From the NCBI GenBank assembly GCA_965219415.1, contig CBDCNP010000002.1, forward strand, positions 3,712,001 through 3,776,000: a DNA stretch of 64,000 nucleotides, read 5' to 3'. The notes beneath the pieces were generated by a model. It worked only from the letters and a program-made list of their open reading frames with translations, was not told the origin of the DNA and searched no databases. Shown here in pieces: positions 40,264 to 51,143 of this stretch (its first letter is position 1; every line of letters begins with the position of its first letter). The position numbers and the translations under genes are program-made. The stretch is from Candidatus Marinacidobacterales bacterium. Its GTDB lineage: Bacteria; Acidobacteriota; Vicinamibacteria; Marinacidobacterales; DATDRI01.

Positions 40264-41154
40264 CGTTTGGTGCAAAAAACGAGTCGACTCGATGTTCGGC
40301 GCTAGGAGCAGACGCAAGCCGTAGTCCCACGTCTATCCCAAGAACTCGCGCGGGTCGCCAGGCCAGCTCGGAAGCGTGGCAAACAAGGGAATCCGCTCGA
40401 GGGACGTGGGGTTTCACCGTCGCGTACGTTCGATCGTTGTAGTCAAGCGGCTGTACGGTAGTAGTAACGAAGTGGCCCGCCGAGTCGCTCACGGCATTCG
40501 AGGCTGGGCCCATCCGCGTCCTGTGGAATCGGTTCGAGCAAACTGTTGCCGAGACCCTGGTGATTCCTCTCTCGAAGATAATGACGACCGTATTCGCGGA
40601 GAGCACGTTCCAGCGTAGTCCGGCCAAACAGAATCACGCGGTCGAGGCACTCCTCCTTGATTGACCGCACGAATCGCTCCGCGTGAGGATTACAGTTCGG
40701 AGATTTTGGAGGTATCAGAACGACGTCCACGTCGTTTTCCTTCAGGATTTCTCGGAACTCCGTCATGATCTCCGACGAGATGGGGGGACGCCCCGTTTGA
40801 CGACGAGGGTATGTCCATTTCCTCGCGATGAGCTGTCGCTGCCATCGAAGGATTGTGTCCGGGGTGACCACAGTCACCACTTCCTCGAGCAGTTTCCGGC
40901 CAAGCTCCTTTCCCTTGGCCGCGAGTCGACGGCGCTGCGCGTCACTAAGCGTAGGGGGCCGCCCAGCTGCTCGCGGAGAACGCGGTTCTCCTCCTGAAGG
41001 TGTTCAAGGATCTTCTGCTGCTCTCGGTTGGCCAACCCGTCAGGAGCGAGACGAGAAAGATCTGCGGCGAGACGAATGTGCTCATCGCAAGCATCGTAGC
41101 GGAAGCCGCTTACGCCTGCACGAGTCGGTCGGCTGAGTTCTTGCACCATACGGG
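40264..41154 (-). mobile_element. Degenerate IS with rve integrase-core transposase remnant (internally deleted, frameshifted)
   Basis: Terminal inverted repeats CGTTTGGTGCAAAAAAC / GAGTTCTTGCACCATACGGG; VTPDTILRW..GRP, PPKSPNCNPHAERFVRSIKEECLD, ERNHQGLGN, RERLGG..YYYR. Confidence 0.8.
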
Positions 41155-41423
41155 CTCTTTCCGCCCTGACGAGGCACAGCTCAAAAAGAGAAGTGTTACC
41201 TTTGGTTACTAGGTCCGGACGGAGTAGCTTCAAGTATTTACTTGAGCTTCGCGACACACTGGGCCCGACGAGGTATATATAATTAAGATGAATTGCAGGT
41301 CGGACCGCTCAACAGTCGTTGCCCCAACTCTTCTCTTGGTCGTCTTCGTTGGCTGCTTGCGGCGGAAGTGGTGACTCCCCTACCGCGCCAAACCGCCGGG
41401 CTACCCTCACGATCACCTACCGG

Positions 41424-42883
41424 GGGGATGTCCCGGCCGCTGTTGAATTTGGTCGGGTAGCGGCGGCACCTGTGAATACTCTTAGGCAGCAAACTCATCG
41501 CTGTCAAGAGATTTCTGTTTGCTTCTAAGCGCGTGAACGAAAGCGCCCATATGGCGATAGCCTTTGATACGCCGGAACTTTTTCTGCGCGGTGACGACGC
41601 CAAGAGCGGTCCATCGGCGAACCATGGAAGGACTCTTCCAACGCTTGAGGTTTCTCGATACTCTGCGAATGGTTCCGTTGAGATTCTCAATGGCGTTCGT
41701 CGTGGCAAGAGACTGGCGAAGTAAGGCGGGCAGCGCGAGCTTCACGACCGTGAGTGTCTCTTCCATCCCTTCACGAAGGCTTCCGGCAGCTTCGTCGTAG
41801 CCGTTTCGCTCGAGCCACGACACCAATGCCTGAAGTCGCTTGCGCGCCTTGTCGGCACTCTTGCACTTGTAGGCTTCCTTCATCGTCTGGAGTACGTAGG
41901 CGTGACGAGACTTGGGAAGGTACGAGCGAAGATTCCGGAGTTTATGGATCTGGCACCTTTGGATGACCGCGAGGTCCCCCAAAACGTCGACGAGTGCCTT
42001 GCGGATGCCTTTGCCTCCGTCCACTACGCAGAGAATCGACTCATCGACGCGCAAGCCCCGCTCGAGAAGGTCCTGCAACATCGCGGTGCACACCCGAGAG
42101 TTCTCCGTCGAGCCCAGCCATATACCCAGGGGCACCTTCGTTCCATCTATTGTGATACCTAGAGTTACGACGACGGTCTGTCCGGCCACCTCAAGGCCAT
42201 CCAGCATCAGTGCCGCAAGCTCGAACTCCTCTAGCCGCCGAGACAGGTATTCCTCGAGCTTCTTAGTCGTCTGGCTCACGAGGTGACGGCTGGCGGCACT
42301 CTTACTCGTGCCACGAGACTTCAACTTGGCCGCGGGTTTGTTCAGACTCCGTTCGTAATTTCGGGTCGATACCCCCACCAAGATCTGATTCAACACTCGC
42401 TCTGGAAGCGGGTCTTCTTCGCGGAAGGCTTCGAAGTGTGGAAGCGACGCCTCCTCGCCCGACTTCGAGCGAACTCGAGGTCGCGACACTTGGATGCGAC
42501 GACCACCGAAGCTCAGCTCTCCGTTCGTGCTCCCCCAGTGGTTATGAGTTCGCTCCTTCTCGTGCTTGCCCTTGAGCCCCGCGATCTCCTCGGCGTCCTC
42601 TCTGAGCAGTAGGTGCAGAGCTGTCAGTCCTTGCTCGTACACCCATTCCGTCAGTTCCGCCTTCGTGGCCGCGATCCCAGCTATCATCGGTAGCAGTATC
42701 TGACCGACTTGGCCAACTACCTTGCCCGTAGGCGAGTGCGTTTGCTTTCTTACTGGCTTCTTTGATTTCCTAGGCATTGGTGGCTCCTTGTCCCCCTCTG
42801 GAGACGGTTGTTTGGCAGACCTATTCTTAGGCCGGCCAAGGAGCCGCCGCTACCCCAAATTCAACATCCGGCGGGACATCCCC
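41424..42883 (-). mobile_element. Complete IS256-family element
   Basis: TIRs GGGGATGTCCCGGCCGCTGTTGAATTTGG / CCAAATTCAACATCCGGCGGGACATCCCC; 8-bp TSD CCTACCGG at 41416-41423 and 42884-42891. Confidence 0.93.
41482..42777 (-). CDS. IS256 family transposase
   Basis: GVSTRNY, LMLDG, VVDGGKG, QRCQIHKLRN, TTNAIENLN. Confidence 0.95.
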   Translation of the reverse strand: MPRKSKKPVRKQTHSPTGKVVGQVGQILLPMIAGIAATKAELTEWVYEQGLTALHLLLREDAEEIAGLKGKHEKERTHNHWGSTNGELSFGGRRIQVSRPRVRSKSGEEASLPHFEAFREEDPLPERVLNQILVGVSTRNYERSLNKPAAKLKSRGTSKSAASRHLVSQTTKKLEEYLSRRLEEFELAALMLDGLEVAGQTVVVTLGITIDGTKVPLGIWLGSTENSRVCTAMLQDLLERGLRVDESILCVVDGGKGIRKALVDVLGDLAVIQRCQIHKLRNLRSYLPKSRHAYVLQTMKEAYKCKSADKARKRLQALVSWLERNGYDEAAGSLREGMEETLTVVKLALPALLRQSLATTNAIENLNGTIRRVSRNLKRWKSPSMVRRWTALGVVTAQKKFRRIKGYRHMGAFVHALRSKQKSLDSDEFAA

Positions 42884-43327
42884 CCTACCGGGCCGCAACG
42901 GCCATAGACCCGGCCGTTCAGGCGCAGTTCCCGAACTGTGTCAACGGGGTCAGACCGACGCACATACATGCTGGTTGGCAGGGATTCGCTCGCGTGGTCC
43001 TCCCGGCATTTCCCCCGGACCGTTTCGAAATCACCTTCACCGACGTCCCGGCGGGAAACCGCCAGAGCCTACGCATCAGCGACCCGAACGCCTGCGCCAT
43101 CGATCCGAACGGCGCCAGTACGCAGAACGTCTTCGCCAACGGTACTCTTCTGACGGACGTCGTCGGCACACCTGGCAACGGTACCGAGCCCGGTTTGGCT
43201 CTTACGGTCGCCACCGACGGCACAGTGACACCGTAGCGCACAGAGCGCCGCGCCGAGTTGCTAAATCGAGCCTCATGTGCCTTGGCCCTCAGTATATTGC
43301 ACCCAAGCCTTGTAGGTCTTAGGAGCA

Positions 43328-43898
43328 TCAATCTTCTTGAGTTGTTCCCAGGCCTTCAACATCTTCTTTCTGTCGGCCTTCTTGTTCGCCTTCATGAAAT
43401 CCGCAACGAAGTTGTTGTAGCGTCCATGCGCGATACGAAGTGGCTTCCTTGGCCCCTGATTGAGCTTTACGAAATGTTTTCACTAGCTCGCCGTATGTTA
43501 TCTTTCTGCCCTTGGCGATTTGTTCCTCTCGCCATCGGCTGAGTGGGTAACGAGTGCCAGATTGGATCTTGAAATCTGGATCCATCTTCTTGGCTTCTCG
43601 GAAAAGGAACTCTTTTGTCTCTTTGTCGTTGCTGTAGTTCACGATGGGGAGGCTGAGTCGGATGCCTTTCTCGGTATCTCTCGGGCCTTGTCTTGAGGGT
43701 GATGGTTTTGGTTGGATTCTTGACCTTCCCAGTGCGCAAAAAGGACTTGATGGCCTTTTCCAGCTGGTCTTTTCGCAACACGCTGGCAGAAGGAATGCCC
43801 AATTTGAGGGCAAAGTCCTTCAACTCGGTAGCGTACCAGTAGCCATTGTCGAACTGGGATAGAGTCATTGTTTTGGATAATTTATTTTTCTTTGGCAT
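43328..43898 (-). CDS. SAP-like domain hypothetical protein, two frameshifts
   Basis: FDNGYWYATELKDFALKLGIP..RKDQLEKAI..FLRTG, continuing across ORFs 43467..43964 and 43328..43813. Confidence 0.55.
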
Positions 43899-44064
43899 CG
43901 GAGTTCTCAGACAGGTCGTAGAACGCTGAAGAGCGATCAAGATCACCCACCGCAAGCGACGCATGATGGAACATATGGGGTGTGTCTGGCATCGGGTGCC
44001 ACTAACTCCACTTTGATCCGATCAGGATCCTCAAAAAAGACGGCGTAATTGTCCTCACCCCAGC

Positions 44065-45399
44065 ATATGGGTTGTCCGCCATCATTATCAATCCGTCGGT
44101 ACCGTAGGCCCGTGCGGCTCGGCGATGACGACGATAGCGGACTCGACGTAGGGCGAACGCTACCAGGATCACGCGACCTGTGGTTTCACGAGCTGGAGAA
44201 CGCAAGTTTCGACGGCTCCCGCCGCGCGAGTTTCGCGACGAAATAACTGCCCTACGCAGCCTCGCTCCACTCGTAGCGGTGGTGCAGTCCACCAACTCTC
44301 GGCAGCGCCACAACTTTCGCCGTGGGGGACGGTCGAGGCGTGATTAGTCTCTCGTTCGGCGTGTCTACGGCCGGCGCGAGAGGCGTCCACTTGGCGACGA
44401 GCTCGTCATAGGCTTTGCGAGCATCGATCCCGTTCTTGGCGTAGACGATCCGGTTGTAGTCACGCCGGAGCTCACGGCGTGCGTGCGCCGGGCAATGTTG
44501 GAGCAAGTTGGCGCGCTTGTGCTCGGTACATCGCTGCAACCGGCACTCCGGCCACTTCTCCAGCGCTTTCGTCAGCCCCTTGTGGCCGTCGCTGATCACT
44601 AGCTTGGGAGCCCGGAGTCCTCGAGCCTGGAGTCCCTCCAGCACGGAGCCCCAATGCGTCGAGGCTTCGCTCACCGCCAGACGCAATGACAACAGACGTT
44701 TGTGCCCGTCTGGCGCGACCCCGAGCGCGGCCAGTACGGGTACGCTGATCACACGTTTCGCCATCCGCACTTTCAGGTGGAAGCCGTCCAGGTAAACGAT
44801 CGCGTAGACCTCCTCGCTGAGAGCACGGTTCTGCCATTCCTCGAAGCGCTCCTTCAGCCGGCTAACCACGCGAGACACCGCGCTCTTCGATAGGTGCTCC
44901 CCACCGAGCAGTGGTTTCAGCGCTTTGCGGATCCGGCGGCTATTCGCGCCCGACAAGTACGTCCCCAAGAGCGCCTCGTCGACCTCACGAGTCCGGCGCG
45001 CGTACCGGGGCAACAGCTCGCTCCTGAACTCTGCCGTTTCTCCCGTTTCCTCGTCTCGCACGCGGGCTCGTGGCACCCGGAGCTCGCGAGTTCCCACCGA
45101 CGTCGTCACGCGACGGGTTTCGGCTCCGTTGCGATATCCACGGCGGTCTTCCGCACGCTCGTAGCTACAACACCCCAGCGCTTGGTCGACTTCTTCCTCA
45201 AGCACAACCTCGATCGCCTCCAGTACCCGCATACGCAGCCGAAGTTGGACGAACTCCCGGTACTCGCTTACAGACTCCTTCGATATGGTGGTAGGCTTCT
45301 TCATGGCGTAATCCTCCTCCTCGCCTTTCCAGGCGCGGTTTGGTTTTGCTTAACCGGAGGTTACGCCATTCTTATTTCCACGGGAAGCGGGACGGATCC
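44065..45399 (-). mobile_element. Truncated IS256 transposase fused to the 3' end of an rve-integrase IS
   Basis: ORF 44252..45304 has IS256 motifs (GYRNG, LPRYARR, VYLDG, ISDGHKG, QRCTEH). It then switches to ..VVALPRVGGLHHRYEW..AA*, the typical integrase-IS tail. Boundaries approximate. Confidence 0.75.
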
Positions 45400-45779
45400 A
45401 AAAAGGTGCTGTACAACAGTGAGCAATCAATGTTGGTTTGTCGACAGGAGAACGGAGGTAATCCTCACAGGGTGTAAGAGTTTGCGCACTTATTGCACTG
45501 ACCACTGAAGCTGAGAGATCTAACCTTCCTTTTGGTGGCTGATCTTAACGGTTGAATGGCTCGGGTCGCCGACCTCGACCTCGGAATCCGCCTGCGGCTC
45601 CGCAGCGGGGTCTTCCACGGTCGATTTACTCTGCGCGGTGACGGCATGCACCACGAGGCACGATGCGAGGATGGCCGACCAGAAACATCGCCAAATCATG
45701 TTACCGGCGATTGTGTTCCCCACTCTTTGGTAGCGTCAAAGAGGCCTATTGAGGTATTAGTGAGGCGCAGGGGACCGAG

Positions 45780-47695
45780 ATGAAGCGAAGCGATCGAGAG
45801 CTAGGCATGGATCGGCCCATCAGCCGACGTGATTTCATCAGCGGCGTCGGCGTGGCGGTCAGCGGTTCGCTCCTCTACCCGTGGGCGGAGACACATGGTG
45901 CTCCTCGCAAGCAGTTCGCCCCTGAGAGGGCGGCCGGATACTACCCGCCAGCACGGACCGGAATGCGCGGCAGTCACGAAGGATCGTACGAGGTAGCTCA
46001 CGAGCTCGTCGAGGGCAAGACGTGGGGATGACGCGGGTGACACCGGCGAGAGTTACGACCTGGTGGTGGTGGGCGGCGGGATCAGCGGTCTGGCCACCGC
46101 CTACTACTTCCAACAACAGGTCGGACCGAAAGCCCGTATCCTCATTCTGGACAACCACGACGACTTCGGAGGCCATGCCAAACGCAACGAATTCCACCAC
46201 GACGGAAGACTGCTACTCATGAACGGGGGGACCATCTACATCGAGGATTTCGCGTACTACGACGAAGCCGGCCGGCGCCTGCTGCGCGAGCTGGGCTTGG
46301 AAGTCGAACGCAATTCGGAGTTCGAGAACCGGGATGTCTACAGGTCGCGAAAGCTCAGCCACGGCGTCTTCTTCGACAAGGAAACCTTCGGTACCGATCA
46401 CCTCGCGGTCGGACAGGGCGAGTTGCCCTGGGCAAAGTTTCTTGCGAAGGCGCCGCTCACCGAAGCGGCTCGTAAAGACATCGCTCGATTATACGAGGAG
46501 CGCATCGACTACCTCCCGGACCTGTCGCTCGAGCAGAAGAAGGCCCGCCTGCAGAAGATGAGCTACCAAGACTACCTCGTCGAGGTGGCCAAGGCGGATC
46601 CGAACGTGCTCCCCTACCTTCAGTCACGCTCAGGATATTGGGCGATCGGTAATGACGCGCTCCCGGCATGGGTCGCGCTCGAGACCGCGGCCTCGACCGA
46701 TTGGTTCAGCGACTTATCCCGGCTTTCAAGGGTTGGGGTTTCCCGGTCGAGCGGAAATCCGTCAATACTTCCGCTTCCCCGACGGCAACGCATCGATCGC
46801 TCGCCTGCTGGCCCGCGCCCTGATCCCGCAAGCGGCGCCGGGAAGTGGCATGGAGGATATCGTCACCGCGCGTTTCGACTATTCCAAGCTCGACCGAGAC
46901 GAGGCCCCCGTCCGGATCCGGCTCAACTCCACCGTGGTTCGCGTCCGCCACCGCGGCGATCCGCAAACGTCCAAGGAAGTCGAGATCACTTACGTACGTG
47001 GGGGAAAGGCGCACCGCCTGCGCGCGGATCACACCATTCTCGCTTGCTACAACGCGATCATCCCTCATTTATGTCCCGGGCTTCCCGAGCGCCAGAGGGA
47101 GGCGTTGTCGTATGCCCTGAAAGCACCGCTCGTATACTCACGGGCGTTGATCCGCCATTGGAAATCGTTCGCGAACCTGCGACTTCGAGCGGTAAGCTGC
47201 CCAGGCTCCTATCACCAAATGGTTCTTCTGAGTGAGCCCGTTAGCATGGGAACGTACCATTGCTCAGGCTCGCCTGAGGAACCGATGGTCCTCGACCTCA
47301 GGCGCACCCCGATAAGTCCCGGCCTGCCGGCCGCCCAGCAGTTCAAGTTGGGTAAGTACGATCTGTTGATGACTACCTTCGAGACGTTCGAGCGCAAGAT
47401 CCGCGACCAACTCGGTCGCATGCTGGCGGACGGAGGCTTCGACCCCGCCCGCGATATCGAGGCCATCACTGTGAATCGTTGGCCGCACGGCTACGCCTAC
47501 GGATACGACCCGATGGAGGACGAGATCGCCTGGCTTCCCGACGAGTGGCCGGAGGAGAAGAGAACGTGGGTGATTGGACGGCAGCGCTTCGGGCGTATCT
47601 CCATCGCCAACTCCGACGCCAACGCCAACGCTATGACCGAGGGCGCCTTGGGCGCGGCCCACCGCGCCGCCCAGGAGGTCCTTGGGCAGACGTAA
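45780..47695 (+). CDS. Tat-exported SpdH-like FAD oxidoreductase (paralog 2), frameshifts near 46025 and 46715
   Basis: LGMDRPISRRDFISG, YYPPARTGMRGSH, GGGISG, DNHDDFGGHAKRNEF, RFPDGNASIARLL, FDPARDIEAITVNRWPHGY. Confidence 0.85.
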
Positions 47696-47729
47696 CTGAA
47701 GCGCCGCGCAGCAGAGAAAGACTAAATTG

Positions 47730-47855
47730 ATGATCGTCGGACTTCCTTGGACGGCTTGGCTGCTATGGATCGTTGCCATCGGATTAGGCCCGACAATCCA
47801 ACTTCCCTTCTACTTCCGCTACCGACGCCGCGCCGCCGAGGACCGATCGAACTAA
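47730..47855 (+). CDS. 41-aa single-TM protein upstream of an SSS transporter
   Basis: MIVGLPWTAWLLWIVAIGLGPTIQLPFYFRYRRRAAEDRSN*; stops 4 nt before the SSS ATG; below the ORF-track cutoff. Confidence 0.6.
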   Translation: MIVGLPWTAWLLWIVAIGLGPTIQLPFYFRYRRRAAEDRSN

Positions 47856-47859
47856 TTCC

Positions 47860-49338
47860 ATGGCCTCCGCCACTATCATCGCCGTTCTTGTCGTCTACCT
47901 CGTCATTCTCCTAGCCATCGGCGCGTGGGGCAGCCGAGCTTCGAAAAGCGTGGCCGGCTACTACCTCGCGGAAAAGAAACTTCCCTCCTGGGTCATCGCG
48001 TTCAGCACCAACTCCACCGGTGAAAGCGCGTGGCTACTCCTGGGGCTCACGGGGATGGGCTACATGGTCGGGATCCATGCGGTCTGGGTCGTTCTCGGCG
48101 AGGTCTTGGGCGTGGCGTTGGCGTGGGTCTTGGTCGCACTGCCGTTCAAGGAATACACCGATCGCTATGACTCGATCACCGTGCCCGACTATCTGGAAAG
48201 CCGCTTCCGGGACACGCATCACATCATTCGACTCGTAAGCTTCGTCATTATCTTCAGTATGGTCACCGCCTATACCGCCGCGCAGCTCACGGCACTGGGC
48301 AAGGGGTTCAGCTCCTTCCCTTTGGGCTTGGATTACACTGAGGGCGTACTGATCGGCGCCGCGGTGGTCTTCTTCTACACCACCGTGGGAGGGTTCAAGG
48401 CCGTCGCCTATAGCGATCTCCTTCAGGGTGTCTTGATGTTTGCCGGACTACTGGTGTTGCCGATCGTCGGTATCGCCGCGGCGGGTGGATGGACCCAAAC
48501 GATGGCCACACTCCAATCGGCCGATCCCAATTTGCTTTTGCCGATGGGTGAGCTCGGCCTTTCCACCGCTGGATTGGTAAGTGCCCTGAGCTTCGTGGGG
48601 ATCGGCTTCGCGTTTCTGGGCGCCCCGCAACTCCTGACGCGTTTCATGGCGGCCCGGGACAAGGGTGAGATCGTCCAAGGGAGCCTCATCGCCATCATCT
48701 GCATTATTGTCTACGACGTTGGTGCGGTCCTGACGGGCATGGCGGGCCGCGCCGTTTTTCCCGGTCTTGCCGATTCAGAGACCATTCTTCCAACCATGAG
48801 CGCCGAGCTCCTTCCCGCCGTCTTCACCGGGATTTTCTTGGTCATCGTCTTGGCCGCCGCTATGTCCACGGTCGATTCCCTCTTGATCCTTGCCTCGTCT
48901 GCTGTCGTGCGAGACGTGGTCCAAAAGATCTTCCATCCGAAGCTCTCTGAGCGGCGTCTCTCGCTCTTGGGGAAGCTCACCACGGTGGTCATCGGCGTCA
49001 CCGCGCTCTTCTTCGCGTTGGAGGAGGTACGGCTCATTTTCTGGTTCGTACTTTTCGCGTGGTCCGGCCTCGGCTCCGCTTTCACGCCTGTCGTCCTTTG
49101 CTCGCTCTTCTGGAAAAGAACCACCAAGGCCGGCGCCATCGCCGGGATGCTGGCTGGATTTCTCACCGCCGTGATCTGGGTGATAGCCTTAAAGCCTTAC
49201 TTTTACGACCTTTATGAGATGATCCCAGGGTTTGCGGCGGGATTCCTGGCGACGATTGTGGTCAGTCTCCTCACCGAGCCACCGGAGGGGGCGGACGAAG
49301 AGTTCGATGCGGTGTGGAAAGTGATAGGTAAGAACTAG
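47860..49338 (+). CDS. Sodium:solute symporter (PutP-like)
   Basis: GESAWLLLG, YTTVGGFKAVAYSD, GAPQLLTRFMA, AAAMSTVDS. Confidence 0.92.
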   Translation: MASATIIAVLVVYLVILLAIGAWGSRASKSVAGYYLAEKKLPSWVIAFSTNSTGESAWLLLGLTGMGYMVGIHAVWVVLGEVLGVALAWVLVALPFKEYTDRYDSITVPDYLESRFRDTHHIIRLVSFVIIFSMVTAYTAAQLTALGKGFSSFPLGLDYTEGVLIGAAVVFFYTTVGGFKAVAYSDLLQGVLMFAGLLVLPIVGIAAAGGWTQTMATLQSADPNLLLPMGELGLSTAGLVSALSFVGIGFAFLGAPQLLTRFMAARDKGEIVQGSLIAIICIIVYDVGAVLTGMAGRAVFPGLADSETILPTMSAELLPAVFTGIFLVIVLAAAMSTVDSLLILASSAVVRDVVQKIFHPKLSERRLSLLGKLTTVVIGVTALFFALEEVRLIFWFVLFAWSGLGSAFTPVVLCSLFWKRTTKAGAIAGMLAGFLTAVIWVIALKPYFYDLYEMIPGFAAGFLATIVVSLLTEPPEGADEEFDAVWKVIGKN

Positions 49339-49450
49339 CGGCCCGTTAGGGCCGCGATGCAAGACTTGCGCTAGTTATGTTTGTGCTCGTTGTTCTCTTT
49401 GTTACTTCCATCGCTACCTTGGCGGTCGGGCCTCCAGAGGACGCTCCACC

Positions 49451-50238
49451 ATGAGCCACAAGAAACCGCCACCCGGTACTCAGGCCGTCTTACGCGCCAT
49501 CGCGTTGCTCAAAGCCTTTACCGGCGACAAACCTGAGATGGATCTTCCCGATCTCGCCGACCAAGTGGGCCTCACCAGGACGACAACGCACCGGCTGTTG
49601 TCCGCTCTCGAAAGTGAAGACCTGGTTGCCAAGGATCCCTTGACCCATGATTATCGATTGGGGCCGGCCGCCATCGCTCTGGGGTCTCGAGCTTTGCGCA
49701 CCAACGACTTGCGCAACATTGCCCGGCCGTACCTGGAATCGCTAGCCGCTCGCACTCGGGAAACGGCAACACTCGAAGTCTTGGTAGATGGCCGGATGTT
49801 GATCCTCGATGAAGTGTTGGGAGCGCATTTGGTCGGTACGACTCCGTCGGTCGGAACGGCCTGGGCGATCCATGCCACGTCCACTGGGAAAGTGCTGCTC
49901 GCTCACCTTACGGAAACGGATAGGAAGAAACTCCTGAAGAAGCCTCTTACTCGCTACACCCCGCGCACCATCACCGACTTCGGGAAACTACGGAAGGAAT
50001 TCGAACAAGCTCGCCAACGCGGCTACGCCATCGCCGCGGAAGAGCTCGAGGAGGGTTACGTGGCGGTCGGCGCGGCAGTCACCGGTCCACTCGGGAATCC
50101 CGCGTCGGAAGTCTGAGCGTCGGAGGTCCCAGCGTTCGCCTCAAGCGTGACCAGCTTTCCGAGCTGGGAAAGCTCGTCACCGCTGCTGCCCGCAAGGTCT
50201 CGATACGTCTAGGCTACGAGACCACCGACTTCAAGTGA
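49451..50238 (+). CDS. IclR family transcriptional regulator, frameshift near 50105
   Basis: HTH, HATSTGKVLLA, RGYAIAAEELEEG; alternate frame gives SLSVGGPSVRL..RLGY and ends in a GTGA overlap with metF. Confidence 0.88.
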
Positions 50239-51095
50239 GACCACAACTCGATACGAGGAGCAGACAGGTCCTCGCTGCTCTCCTCAGGAGCCCTCGCATG
50301 GAGGTGTTTCCGCGTTCGAGTATTTCCGAGCAGCTACGGCAGCTTCCCTCTGGCACCACCGTACCGGTCACGAGCTCTCCGAAGAAAGGTATCGAGCCTA
50401 CTTTGGATCTCTGTGAGGGTGTCGCGGGGTTGGGGCTGCGCCCCGTCCCCCATATCGCGGCCCGGCTCGTCACCGACGAAGCACACCTCAATATCATCCT
50501 CGAGCGTCTAGCCGCCCTCGACGACCGGGACATCTTCGTGGTTGGTGGCGATTCGAAGGAACCGCGTGGCCCCTTTCCCTCCGCCGGTTCTCTTCTCACT
50601 GCAATCAAAAACTCGACGCACAGGTTCGACGAGGTCGGCATTGCCGCTTATCCGGAAGGCCACCCTTTCATCAGCGATGCCGAACTTTTGGAAACACTTC
50701 ACCAAAAGCAGCCCTTTGCTTCCTATATGGTGACGCAAATGTGTTTCGATGCAGAGGTTATCACCAGGTGGATCGTCGCGGTTCGGAAAAATGGAGTTCG
50801 GCTCCCGGTTTACATTGGGATTCCCGGTGACGTCGACGCAGCAAAGTTGCTAAGAATTGCGACGCGAATAGGTGTCGGCGACTCCACCCGGTTCCTGAGG
50901 AAGCACTTCGGTCTCGTCCGCCGCCTCTTAAGACCTGATTACCGACCGGATCGCCTCGTCGCAGCCTCGGCACCTTACCTCTTCAAGGAAAGTTACGGTG
51001 TTCGTGGGCTTCACGTCTACACCTTCGATCAAATCGCGGAGACCGAGCGGTGGCGGAAGAAACTGCTCGCGGGGCTCGAAACCACGCCGGCTTGA
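50235..51095 (+). CDS. metF: Methylenetetrahydrofolate reductase
   Basis: VPHIAAR, FVVGGD, AAYPEGHP, VTQMCFD, IGVGDS, LHVYTF. Confidence 0.85.
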   Translation: MRPQLDTRSRQVLAALLRSPRMEVFPRSSISEQLRQLPSGTTVPVTSSPKKGIEPTLDLCEGVAGLGLRPVPHIAARLVTDEAHLNIILERLAALDDRDIFVVGGDSKEPRGPFPSAGSLLTAIKNSTHRFDEVGIAAYPEGHPFISDAELLETLHQKQPFASYMVTQMCFDAEVITRWIVAVRKNGVRLPVYIGIPGDVDAAKLLRIATRIGVGDSTRFLRKHFGLVRRLLRPDYRPDRLVAASAPYLFKESYGVRGLHVYTFDQIAETERWRKKLLAGLETTPA

Positions 51096-51143
51096 GGGTA
51101 GGATAGGCAAGTCCGGAAGGGAAACAAACGAGGAGAACACTAC

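Larger units (their letters stand above)
41288..43236 (+). pseudogene. Small lipoprotein gene interrupted by IS256
   Basis: LAACGGSGDSPTAP..TLTITY before the IS continues in frame as RAATAIDPAVQAQFPNC.. after the TSD; additional frameshift in the signal region. Confidence 0.75.

Noticed and set aside
39881-40294. 31-bp direct repeats as a CRISPR array
   Set aside because: Only two copies about 350 bp apart, matching IS terminal repeats; no cas genes.
43913-44005. Possible integron attC next to the SAP-like gene
   Set aside because: Only a partial GTT/AAC-like core; no paired R/L boxes, repeat array or intI.
45520-45723. 67-aa signal-peptide-like ORF beside the IS end
   Set aside because: Too short and featureless to call; possibly a truncated gene.
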